Assembly (NCBI GenBank): GCA_038087875.1
Contig: CM075991.1
Location: forward strand, 806,001 to 870,000
Length of the DNA: 64,000 bases
Direction of reading: 5' to 3'
Origin: Malacoraja senta
Taxonomy: Eukaryota
The notes beneath the pieces are model-generated. The model worked only from the letters and a program-made list of their open reading frames with translations. It was not told the origin of the DNA and searched no databases. The position numbers and the translations under genes are program-made. Position 1 is the stretch's first letter. Each line of letters opens with the position of its first letter. This document shows, in pieces, positions 53,447 through 64,000 of this stretch.

Positions 53447-53564
53447 CCATGAACTGGCTGAATAGAGATGAAGTCCTCCTCGTTAGTGCGAGCTACAAAT
53501 CGGATGCAGGTGAACTTCTCAAAGTCCTTGAAGCCTCGTTGGATGGCACTCCAGGTCTGCTCAT
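53447..53564 (-). CDS. Astacin-family metalloprotease exon (118 nt); further upstream exons not found
   Basis: ctccAG/GTaggt boundaries. xEQTWSAIQRGFKDFEKFTCIRFVARTNEEDFISIQPVH(G), containing the TCIRF motif. Confidence 0.92.
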
Positions 53565-54152
53565 CTGGAGGAAGGGGAAAGGAACACGAGTCTTAAATAC
53601 ACACCCTGTGCATTAAAAATATGAAGATGAAAAATGAAGAGTCTGAACATGGAAGGACATAGAGGCGAACGGTCGGGGCGTGGATATAGGGACGCGAACA
53701 GCAGGTTTGTGGATGACACCAAGATCAGTGGGGTTGTTGGCTATGTTGTGGGTGCTCGCAGGCCACAGGGTGATATCAATGTGAAGGTGAAGTGGCCCGA
53801 CGTAGCAGGTTTAATCCGTCTAAATGCGAGATGATTCACTTGGAAACACTAACAAGGCTAGAACATAGACCGAGAATGGTAGCACATTGGGTAGTATTGA
53901 GGAACAGAGGGACCATGCTGGGGCAGGTGTGAAGATCTTTGAGGGTGATGGCACAGGGAGATAATGTGGTTAAGTGGGCATACAGGCACTATCCTTCGTT
54001 AGTCAGGGTGTTGAATGCAAGAAAGTGAAATTATGTCCACTCAATGTCAGAGCGAGGCCCAGCACAAATGGAAGGAACAGCACCTCATATTTCACTTGGG
54101 TAGCTTACACCCCAGCGGTATGAACATTGACCTCTAACTTCATATTGCCCTT

Positions 54153-54189
<37 letters not shown>

Positions 54190-55306
54190 GTCTCCCTCCC
54201 TCTCCACCCCTCCCCTACCCAGTTCTCTGACCAGTCTGACTGTCCCGATTACATTTTATCTGTTTGCGTTGTTGTTACCTTGTCCTAGCCAACAATGCAT
54301 TCTACATTTTCCTTGATCTCCACCCCCGTGACGTCTCATTCTCACACCTCCGTATCTCTGTAGCTCCCCCTCCCGCTCTGTCTGAAAGGTCTCGAGCCGA
54401 AACATCACCCATTCCTTCTCTCCAGGGATGCTGCCTGTTCTGCTGAATTACTCCAGCTTTGAGTCTATCTTCTTTACAAAACCTTGGTCAGACCTCAGCT
54501 GAAGAACTGTGCATTGTTCTGGATTGCATTGCATGGGAAAGATGTGCAGGTGCTGGAGAGGGTGCAGAGGATATTCACCAGGATGACAATAGACAATAGG
54601 TGCAGGAGTCGGCCATTCGGCCCTTCGAGCCAGCACCGCAGGATGGTGCCTGGGATGGAGTGTGTCAGTTATGAGGAGACTGGATCTGTTTTGCTCAACG
54701 TGGAAGAGGTTAGATAGACATGGAGATGTCCAGACATGTATGGAATAGAGACCGTGGACTGGGGAAAACCTTGCCCTCATGGATAGATAGAAATAGGGGT
54801 CCGATTTAGGGCAAGGAGTAAGAAATTGGGAGGGAATTTTGACAGGACGTTTTTCATTCAGTGAGTGGCGAGTACCTGGAACACACTGCTGAGAGATGGG
54901 GAACAGTACAGATGCAATGCATGTGCTGGGCCAAATAGCAGGTTTCCAGGCTGGATGATTCTACAACAGCAAACACCAGAACCAAACTGTGTCGCACCTG
55001 GCGCTTTGAAACACAACTCACAGGAAGGAATGAACGTGAACTATCCTTCATGGGGTGCAGCAGCCACACCGGATCCGAACTATTGAAGGATTGCATTAAA
55101 CTCACACAGTACATGGTCTGAAAACAAAGTTCCCGAGGCACGCTCACTTTGGGGCCCAAACACCAAGTTAGACAGAAGGGTGGGGTGGGGGTCCGAGGGG
55201 GTCACTCGGAAACGGGCCTGTCCCACTTGGGCGTCATTTGCGCGTCACGCAGATGGCGCGCGAAGATTTTGTACATCCCAAAATCCTGGGGCGCTGCGCG
55301 CGACCG

Positions 55307-55506
55307 NNNNNNNNNNNNNNNNNNNNNNNNNNNNNNNNNNNNNNNNNNNNNNNNNNNNNNNNNNNNNNNNNNNNNNNNNNNNNNNNNNNNNNNNNNNNNN
55401 NNNNNNNNNNNNNNNNNNNNNNNNNNNNNNNNNNNNNNNNNNNNNNNNNNNNNNNNNNNNNNNNNNNNNNNNNNNNNNNNNNNNNNNNNNNNNNNNNNNN
55501 NNNNNN
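55307..55506. other. Assembly gap (200 N)
   Basis: Run of N. Confidence 1.
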
Positions 55507-55509
55507 ATT

Positions 55510-56315
55510 GGGGATTGGGGGGTGGGTGGGGGGGGGGGGGTGGAGGGAAGTCAGTCTCAGTCTACCCCATGACAGAAGGGGGTGGAGTTGGTCAGTTTAA
55601 TAGCTACAGGGAAGAAGGATCTCTTGTGGCGTTCTGTGCTGCATCTTGGTGGAACCAGTCTGTTGCTGAAGGTGCTCCTCAGGTTGACCACTGTGTCATG
55701 GAGGGGGTGAGCTGTATTGTCCAGGATGCTCCGCACTGTGAGCAGCATCCTCCCCTCCAGGACCAACCTCCCATGAATCCAACTCCAACTGCGCCCCCAG
55801 GACAGAGCCAGCCTTCCTGATGAGCTTGTTGATCCTATTGATGTCCGCAACCTTCGCCCTGCTTCCCCAGCACACGGCAGTGAAGAAGATGGCACTGGCT
55901 ACCACCGGTTGGTAGAACATCTGCAGCATCTTACTGCAGACGGTGAAGGAGCGGAGCCTTATCAAAAAGTACAGCTGGCTCTGTCCCTTCTTGTACAAGG
56001 CCTCAGCGTTCCTGGACCAGTCCAGTTTACTGTCCGGGTACACTCCAAGGTATTTGTACTCCCTGGTAAACTACACATCCACACCATTGATGGAGACAGG
56101 GGACAGAGGTGTTCCTCTCTTCCTAAAGCCCACCACTAACTCCTTAATCTCGTCGGTGTTGAGCTGCAGGTGAGTCAGCCCGCACCAATCAACAAAGCCA
56201 TCGACTACACCTCTGTATTCAGCTTCCCTCCCCTCACTGATGCACCCCACAATTGCAGAGTCATCTGAAAAACTCTGCAGGTGGCAGGATCCGAGTTATA
56301 TCTGAAGTCCGAGGT
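55510..56315 (-). mobile_element. Rex1/Babar-like LINE 3' fragment
   Basis: KLDWSRNAEALYKKGQSQLYFLIRLRSF...MFYQPVVASAIFFTAVCWG and TERHKRSFFPVAIKL; related pieces at about 11150-11480. Confidence 0.75.
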
Positions 56316-57559
56316 CCAAGGACACGCTAGAGGCAGGAAACATGTTCCTGATGTTGGGGGGAGTCCACAACCAGGGGCCACAGTTTAAGAATAAGGGGTA
56401 AGCCATTTAGAACGGAGACCTACATCCGAGACACCTCAGGTGCCTTCAGCTCTTCACTAACTTTCAACTTCAAGCCTCATCGTTACCGTGGACATCCAGA
56501 CCCTTTACATCTCCATCCCCCACCAGGACAATGATGATCAACGACGGTAGAGCAGTGGATGTTGTCTACACGGACATCAGCAAAGCATTTGATGAGGTCC
56601 TTCATGGTAGGTTGATCCACAAACATCAGGCACATAGGATCCACCGTGAATTGGTAAATTGGAAACAAAATTGGCTTTGTCATAGAGGACAGAGGGGAGC
56701 AGTGGAAAGAAGATGTTGTGACTCGAGGTCTTTGGCCAGTGGAGTTCCACAAGGTTCACTCGGGGACCTCTGTGGTTTGTGATATATCCACATCAATTGG
56801 ACTAAAATGTAGGTGAGCTGATTAGTAAGTTTGCAAACATAAAACTTTGTGGAGTTGTGGATAGTGAGGACAATTGGCAAAGGATTGAGGATATATCTCA
56901 GTTGGAAATGTGGGGAAATGTAAGAGGAATGTGACAGTGAATGGCAGGAGCAATGATGTACAGAGGGAGCGCCAGTGTATAGCTCCCTTAAAGTGGCCAC
57001 ACGTGGAGAAGGCACCTGGCATGCTTACCTTCATCAATTGACAGGCAGAGTATAAAACTTGGGAAGTCATCAAGTTAAGTTCAAATTTATTGTCATCTGC
57101 ACAAGTATGGTGACAGATACAATGAAAATATTGCTTGCGGCAGCATTGCAGGCATATAGCCTCAGACAAACGCAAAAACATAAAAAACAGCTGCATCAAA
57201 CTTGCATTTGGAGTATTTTGTGCAGTTTAGTGTAGTTTAGAGATACAGCGCAGTATTACTCGGCCCGCCGAGTCCGCTGAACAACAATCCCCATACACTA
57301 GCACTTACATTTAGCACTAGACAATTTACAGCCGGAGCCAAGTAACCTACAAACCGGTACGTCTTTGGGGTGTGGAAGGAAACCGGAGCACCCGGAGAAA
57401 ACCCATGTGATCACGGGGAGAACATACAAACCCCGTACAGACAGCACCCGTGGTCGGAATCAAACCAGGGTCTCTGGCAGCAACTTTATGCTGCGCTGGC
57501 TGCCCCATTACAGGAAAGATGTGTGGGTTTTCTCCTTTACCTTCCCCTTTACTTTTTCG

Positions 57560-58118
57560 CTTTACCTCCCCCTCGACTCCATCCAGGGACCCAAGCAGTC
57601 TTTCCAGGTGAGGCAGAGGTTCGCCTGCACCTCCTCCAACCTCATCTACTGCATCCACTGCTCTTGGTGTCAACTGTTCTACGTCGGTGAGACCCAGTGC
57701 AGGCTTGGCGATCGCTTCGCCCAACATCTCCGTTTGGTTTGCATTAACTAATCTCAGCATTTCAACTCCCCCTCCCATTCCGAATCCAACCTTTCTGTCC
57801 TGGGCCTCCTCCATGGCCAGTGAGTCCCACTGCAAATTGGAGGAGCTGCACCTCATATTTCGCTTGGGCAGTTTACACCCCAGCGGTATGAACATTGACT
57901 TCTCCAATTTCAGGTAGTCCTTGCTCTCTCCCTCCTTCCCCTCCCCTCCCCAGCTCTCCCACAGCTCACTGTCTCCGCCTCTCCCTTTCTTCTTCCCGAC
58001 CCCCCCCCCCCATCCCCACATCAGTCTAAAGAAGGGTCCTGACCCGAAACGTCACCTATTCCATCGCTCCAGAGATGCTGCCTCACCCACTGAGTTTCTC
58101 CAGCATTTTTGTCTACCT
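57560..58118 (+). mobile_element. Penelope-like element 3' part (GIY-YIG plus terminal repeat)
   Basis: QVRQRFACTSSNLIYCIHCSWCQLFYVGETQCRLGDRFAQH...HPSGMNIDFSNFR. Confidence 0.88.
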
Positions 58119-60058
58119 TGGGTTGTGCCTAGATGAGGAGGTATTGGGTATAAGGAGAGGTTGGACAGACTTGGATAGTTTTCTCTGGAATATCAGAGGC
58201 TGAGCGGAGACCTGAGAGCAGTGTATAAACTGTATGAGACATAGATAGGATAGACAGTCAGAGTCTTTTTCCCAGGGCGGAAATATCAATGGGAGAGAGC
58301 GTAGCTTTATGGTGAGGGGGGCAACATTTAAAGGAGGTTTACATGGCAATAAGGTGGAGGCACGGAGACTGCGATGCTGGAATGTCAAAGACAAAGAACA
58401 GCCCTGGAGGATCTCAGTGGATCAGGCAGCCTCTGTGGTGGGAAGTGAACAATCAGCATTTCAGGTCAGAATTCTTCACCTAGACTTAAAGTAGAGGAAA
58501 ATAGCTAGGTTAAAGAGGTGTGTGTGGGGGGGGGCACACGAGCTGCCAAGTGGTAGCAAGAGATCCAGATGGCCACAGCAGACAGAGTGCAGGGTGGCCT
58601 AGTCTGCGTTTGGTCTCAACAATGCAGAGGCCACACACAGAGGGCCGATTGCAATGGACAAGAGTGGAGGAGGTGCAGGTGAATCTGCAAGGGGTGTTTA
58701 GGTCACTGGATGGATGTGAAGGAGGAGGTGTCGGGACAGGTGTTGCCCCTCCTATAGTTGCAGGGGAAAGTCCTTGCAAAGGGGAGGGAAGGGAAAGATT
58801 CATAGGGAGCGATGAGTGATCCAAGGAGTCCCGGAGAGTGGTGGGGAGAAGGTGTGACTGGTGTTGGCACCTGCAGAAGGGGTGAGATAGCAATGCTTCA
58901 TACACATTTAGACTGACACACGAACAAGCAGGGAACTGAGGGTTGTGGAGGAGAGGGGCGGAGAGAGAGTAGAGGGGGGGGGGGTGTATGAGGGGGAATG
59001 GAGAAGAGTGGAGGTGGGTCGTTCGCTCACGGCAGCGCTCCCACCCCTCCAGTCGCCGTGCTTCACGCACACAGCCCCGGCTCCACCCCTCTCTCTCCCC
59101 GGGGAGACGCGGTGAACAATACAGGGAGGGCCGGGCCGGGCCGGGGGTTGGAGCAACGTTTACAAACCTCGGCCTCAGCTCACACCCGTCCGCCTGGACA
59201 CCGGCATCCACTCCTGCCGCTGGCCCTCTCCCTCCCTTCTCCTCTTCCCTTCCCTCCCTCCTTCCTCTCTCTTTTCCCTTCTCTCATTCGCTCCATCCCT
59301 CCTTTCTCTCCTTCCCTCCCTCTCTCCCTCCCTCCCTCCCTCTCTCCTTCCCTCCCCCACACACACACATCACGCACAGCCAACTAACACACACACACAA
59401 CTAACACACACACACAACTAACACACACACACAACTAAGTTAGGATGGGGTCGAAACCCAAAGGGTAGGAAGGGGCTGAAGCCCAAAATTTTATTCCTGG
59501 ACTGGTTTTTCGCCAATGGTTATTGGTTTTCCAGGATCTATTTAAATAAATTACTTTTTTTTTCATTTCACAGTCACTTAAACAAGTGGTATTGTAACTA
59601 TTTACTTTTCAGAGGTGATCTACATATTTTGTTTGCTACTTGTAGGCTTACATGTATGCAATTTTATATTAAAATGTAGCTTAGATCTGTTTGGTCCATT
59701 AAGTCGCAGGCACTTTTTAAGAACACTTTCTGATTACTTTCCATTCTACCATAGAGATATAAAGTCGATAATAGACTTTATTTATATTTCTATGAATTGG
59801 CTGGGAACCTGGGGCTCACCAAAATTGTTCCCAATTGGGCCCCGCACCTCCTAAGGCCGGCCCTGCCAGCCCCAAATGGTCCACTTCCTCCTTGACGCCC
59901 AGAATTAGCCTCCGCTGACAGATTAAATATGTAGGAAGGAACTGCAGATGCTGGATTAAACAGAAGATAGACACAAAGTGCTGGAGTAACTCAGCGGGAC
60001 AGGCGCCATCTCTGGAGAGAAGGAACGGGTGATGTTTCAGGTCAAGACCCTTCTTATC

Positions 60059-60597
60059 AAAATTGTACAAGGCATTGGTGAGGCCAATTCTGGAGTATGG
60101 AGTACAATTTTGGTTGCCAAATTATAGGAAAGATGTCAACAAAATAGAGAGAGTACAGAGGAGATTTACCAGAATGTTGCCTGGGTTTCAGCACCTAAGT
60201 TACAGAGAAAGGTTGAAAAAGATAGGTCTTTATTCTTTGGAGCACAGAAGGTTAAGGGGGGACTTGATAGAGGTCTTTAAAATTATGAGAGGGATAGACA
60301 GAGTTGACGTGGACATGATTTGAGAATTAAGGGACAGAAGTTTAGGGGTAACATGAGGGGGAACTTCTTTACTCGGAGAGTGGTAGCTGTGTGGAATGAG
60401 CTTCCAGTGGAAGTGGTGGAGGCAGGTTCGATTTTATCATTTAAAAATAAATTGGATGGGTATATGGACGGGAAAGGAATGGAGGGTTATGGTCTGAGTG
60501 CGGGTAGATGGGACTAGGTGAGAGTAAGTGTTCGGCACGGACTAGAAGGACTGAGATGGCCTGTTTCCGTGCTGTAATTGTTATATGGTTATATGAT
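60059..60597 (+). mobile_element. CR1 3' fragment inserted in the left arm only
   Basis: ORFs 60063..60323 and 60320..60517; flanked by ttatca and absent from the right arm. Confidence 0.88.
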
Positions 60598-60948
60598 TAT
60601 CACCCATTCCTTCTCTCCAGAGATGCTGAGTTACTACAGCTTTTTGTGTCTCGGCAGATTGTCTATGAGGAGATTCGAGGACTTGAGGTCTCAGCCCTGA
60701 AATTAAAGGATGTTCTTTTAGGAAGGAGATGAGAAGGAATTTCTTTAGTCAGACGGCTCGATTGTAATCATGTCCAGTCTTTACTCTGATTAGTTAACAT
60801 GCAATTCTGAATAGTAGGGTAGACTCAATGGGCTGAATGGCCTACATTTACCCCTATGACTAATGAAATGAGGAAGGAATTAGTAACACAACATGTTTTG
60901 CAGACTGGATGTGTGTCACCATCAGTTATGGCCCGTGTCCGGTTAACT

Positions 60949-61332
60949 CAGTGAAGAAAGCGAATGGCATGTTGGCCTTTATAACAAGAGGAATAGAATA
61001 TAGGAGCAAAGAGGTCCTTCTGCAGTTGTACAGAGCCCTAGTGAGACCACACCTGGAGTATTGTGTGCAGTTTTGGTCCCCTAATTTGAGGAAGGACATT
61101 CTTGCTATTGAGGGAGTGCAGCGTAGGTTTGCAAGGTTAATTCCCGGGATGGCGGGACTGTCATATGCTGAGAGAATGGAGCAGCTGGGCTTGCACACTC
61201 TGGAGTTTAGAAGGATGAGAGGGCATCTCATTGAAACATATAAGATTGTTAAGGGATTGCACTCGCTAGAGGCAGGAAACATGTTCCCGATGTTGGGGGA
61301 GTCCAGAACCAGGGGCCACAGTTTAAGAATAG
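60949..61332 (+). mobile_element. CR1 LINE fragment in the spacer between the inverted arms
   Basis: [44 protein letters not shown]. Confidence 0.88.
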
Positions 61333-61877
61333 GTACTATGGCTGATCTATCTCTCCATCTCAACCCCATTCTCCTGCCTTCTCCCTGTGACCCCTTGACA
61401 CCCGCACACTTGTCACACCTGACACAAGAAAGTGATAGATGGGGTCATACAGCGTGGAGCCAGGCCCTTTGGGACGGGGATAGTATGTTTTAAAACTCAT
61501 CACTAAGCTGAGATATCCAGGGGACAAAGTTTCAGCTGAAAGAAGCTCGGGGAGAAGGCAGGAGAATGGGTTAGGAGGGAGAGATAGATCAGCCATGATT
61601 GAATGGCGGAGTAGACTTGATGGGCCGAACGGCCTAATTCTACTGCTATCACTTATGATGTTATGAAGGCTTGTCTGTGGCCAGGCGATGGGAGGGGGCT
61701 GGAGACGTGGGAGAGGAGGAGCTAGGTACAAGTAGGAGGATGAAGAGGGGTAATGCCTCCAGTGTCTTCAAGGTGGGCTGCAGGAAGCATGGCAGACACC
61801 TGCTCTATCCCCAGTCAGTATCTCAGTATTGATAGGACCTGCGGCTAGATTTCGTCAACGTCTGGCCCTGTGTCTTC

Positions 61878-61915
61878 AGTTTCTGTTTCATTTCAGACTG
61901 AACAGTTTTGTTTCC
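61878..61915 (+). promoter_or_regulatory. ISRE/IRF-element-like motif cluster
   Basis: AGTTTCTGTTTCATTTCA (61878-95) fits AGTTTCNNTTTC with a third GAAA half-site; a weaker CAGTTTTGTTTCC at 61903-15. Confidence 0.45.
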
Positions 61916-62535
61916 ATTGTAAACCGGACACGGGCCAGAACTGATGGTGACACACATCCAGTCTGCAAAACGTGTTGTGTTACTAACTCCTTCCTCATTT
62001 CTTTAGTCATAGGGGTAAATGTAGGCCATTCAGCCCATTGAGTCTACCCTACTATTCAGAATTGCGTGTTAACCAGTCAGAGTAAAGACTGGACATGATC
62101 ACAATCGAGCCGTCTGACTAAAGGAATTCCTTCTCATCTCCTTCCTAAAAGAACATCCTTTAATTTCGAGGCTGTGACCTCAAGTCCTCGACTCTTCTCA
62201 TAGACAATCTGCCGAGACACAAAAAGCTGTAGTATCTCAGCATCTCTGGAGAGAAGGAATGGGTGATAAGATGGGTCTCGTCACCAGTTCCTTCTCTCCA
62301 GAGATGCTGCCTGTCCCGCTGAGTCACTCCAGCACTTTGTGTCTACTGTTTAAACCAGCATCTGCAGTTCCTACCTACATATTTAATCTGTCGGTGGAGG
62401 CTAATTCTGGGCGTCAAGGAGGAAGTGGACCATTTGGGGCTGGCTCAGAACAAGCGAGGAGATGTGGCCCGCCTCTAAACTCCAGCGGATCAGCACATGG
62501 TCTGTTGCTGAAGGACGCAGCCGGCGGCTAGAAGA

Positions 62536-62877
62536 ATGCGGACAGTTCGGATCTCTCACCTGGTCCAGGGACCATGGTCGCTGATGGTCACCCTGTGCCT
62601 CTGCCTCCTGTTCCTCTACTTCCTTGTTCCGGGCTGGCAGCAGCACATCCAGCCCGGGTCCGGGGAGCTGGACAAGCTGCGGGTGGAGGCGGCCAAACTG
62701 CGGGTGGAGGTAACAGGGCTGCGGGAGAAGACAGCCAAGCTGCGGGATGAGGCGGCCAAGCTGCGGGATGAGGCGGCCAAGCTGCGGGTGGAGGTAACAG
62801 GCCTGCGGGAGAAGACGGCCAGGCTGCGGGATGAGGCGGCCAAGCTGCGGGATGAGGCGGCCAAGCTACAGGAGCAG
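62536..62877 (+). CDS. First coding exon of an uncharacterised membrane-anchor/signal plus coiled-coil protein
   Basis: ATG preceded by an in-frame TGA (62509). Short N-tail, hydrophobic WSLMVTLCLCLLFLYFLVPGW, then ten heptads with Leu every 7th residue. Donor CAG|GTAGCG in phase 0. Confidence 0.7.
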
Positions 62878-63362
62878 GTAGCGGGGGAAAGGCGGCGGTG
62901 GAGTTACACAGTAGTGAGCAAAGATACTAGAGGAGCGCTACACTAATGGACAAAGTAGTGAGCGTCCCCACCGACCAGCGATCCCCGCACACTAACACCA
63001 TCCTACACACACTAGGGACAATTTACAATGATACCAAGCCCATCGACCAACAAACCTGCACGTCTTTCGGAGTTTGAGGTTTTTATTGTCACAGTGAAAA
63101 GCCATCCACAGTGTACAGATACAGGATAAGGGAATAACGTTTAGTGCAAGAGAAAGCCAGTAAAGTCGGATTCTAAGCTAGTCCAAGGGTCTCCAATGAG
63201 GTAGATGGTAGTTCAGGACTGCTCTCCAGTTGTTGGTGGGATGGGTCAGTTACCTGATAACAGCTGGGAAGAAACTGAACTCTTACATAGGATCCAGAGA
63301 AATACTTCAAGCAAAGTCATATTTTTTAACATTTCAATATTTTCTTGTGTCTTTTTAAACAG

Positions 63363-63441
63363 ATGTCTGCTCAGAATGAGATGATCAAAAAACTGCAAGA
63401 TCAGGACCAGGACTTGCAATCCAAAATTGACAAAATGCAAG
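63363..63441 (+). CDS. Second coding exon (79 nt) of the same coiled-coil protein
   Basis: Long pyrimidine tract plus acAG. MSAQNEMIKKLQDQDQDLQSKIDKMQ(G) is in frame with exon 1 and continues the heptad pattern. Donor AAG|GTCAGT. Confidence 0.68.
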
Positions 63442-64000
63442 GTCAGTTCAACAACAATTGCATTTGCATAGCGCCTTGGAGAATGTTCCTAAGTACTAGA
63501 GAGAAATGTATATGTTGAATAAAAGTTGATGCTAAGCCGGTGAGTTGGAGAAGGGGGTCATAAGTTCATTAGTGATAGGAGCAGAATAAGGCCATCTTTA
63601 GCCAGAAGGTGGTGAGTCTGGAATTCTTTGCCACAGATGGCTGTGGAGGCCGTCAGTGGATATTTTTAAGGCAGAGATAGACATATTCTTGGTCAGTACG
63701 GGTGTCAGAGGTTATGGGGAGAAGGCAGGAGAATAGGAGGGAGAGAGAGATCAGCCATGATTGAATGGTGGAGTAGACTGGATGGGCCGAATGACATAAT
63801 TCTACTCCTATCACTTATGACCTTAATTCTACCCCGCCATTCAATCGTGGCTGATCTATCTCTCCCTCTCAGCCCCATTCTCCTGCCTTCTCCCCGTGAC
63901 CCCTTGACACCCACACACTTGTCACAACTGACATAAGAAGGTCATAGATGGGGTCATACAGCGTGGAGCCAGGCCCGTCGGGAGGGGGATAGTATGTTTT

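Larger units (their letters stand above)
59865..62444. repeat. Inverted duplication: left arm 59865-60944 (with a CR1 insert at about 60059-60597), right arm 61922-62444
   Basis: The arms are reverse complements over about 520 bp, including non-TE sequence (e.g. cagactggatgtgtgtcaccatcag / ctgatggtgacacacatccagtctg). Confidence 0.93.

Noticed and set aside
54854..55159. Candidate upstream astacin exon
   Set aside because: No propeptide or mature N-terminal astacin motifs in the frames examined.
55214..55306. GGGCCTGTCCCACT start resembling a Harbinger-type MITE end
   Set aside because: Truncated by the assembly gap; the second end is not visible, so it cannot be supported.

Overview
Repeat-rich vertebrate genomic DNA, most likely from a cartilaginous fish (skate/ray). 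This is inferred from the CR1/HER1-like LINE, tRNA-SINE and Penelope repeat landscape and is not proven. There is a 200-N assembly gap at 55307-55506. Host genes read from the sequence: (1) the last coding exon of GPAT4/AGPAT6 (432-540, +); (2) a solitary, intronless histone H2B (19615-19989, +) with a CRE-CCAAT-octamer-TATA promoter, a long repeat-expanded leader and a poly(A) signal instead of the histone stem-loop; (3) four spliced exons of an astacin-family metalloprotease (minus strand, 47918-53564) whose Met-turn reads SILHY; (4) two exons of an unrecognised membrane-anchor plus heptad-repeat coiled-coil gene (62536-63441, +) with an upstream ISRE-like element, in a locally duplicated region with both inverted and direct copies (tetherin-like candidate). 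Most of the rest is nested mobile DNA: CR1, L2, L1/Tx1 and Rex1 LINEs, Penelope fragments with hammerhead-like cores, an internally deleted Gypsy LTR element, a Tc1 remnant, SINEs and minisatellites. One CR1 contains a captured TDP2-like exon fragment. All coordinates were counted by eye, and TE boundaries are approximate.
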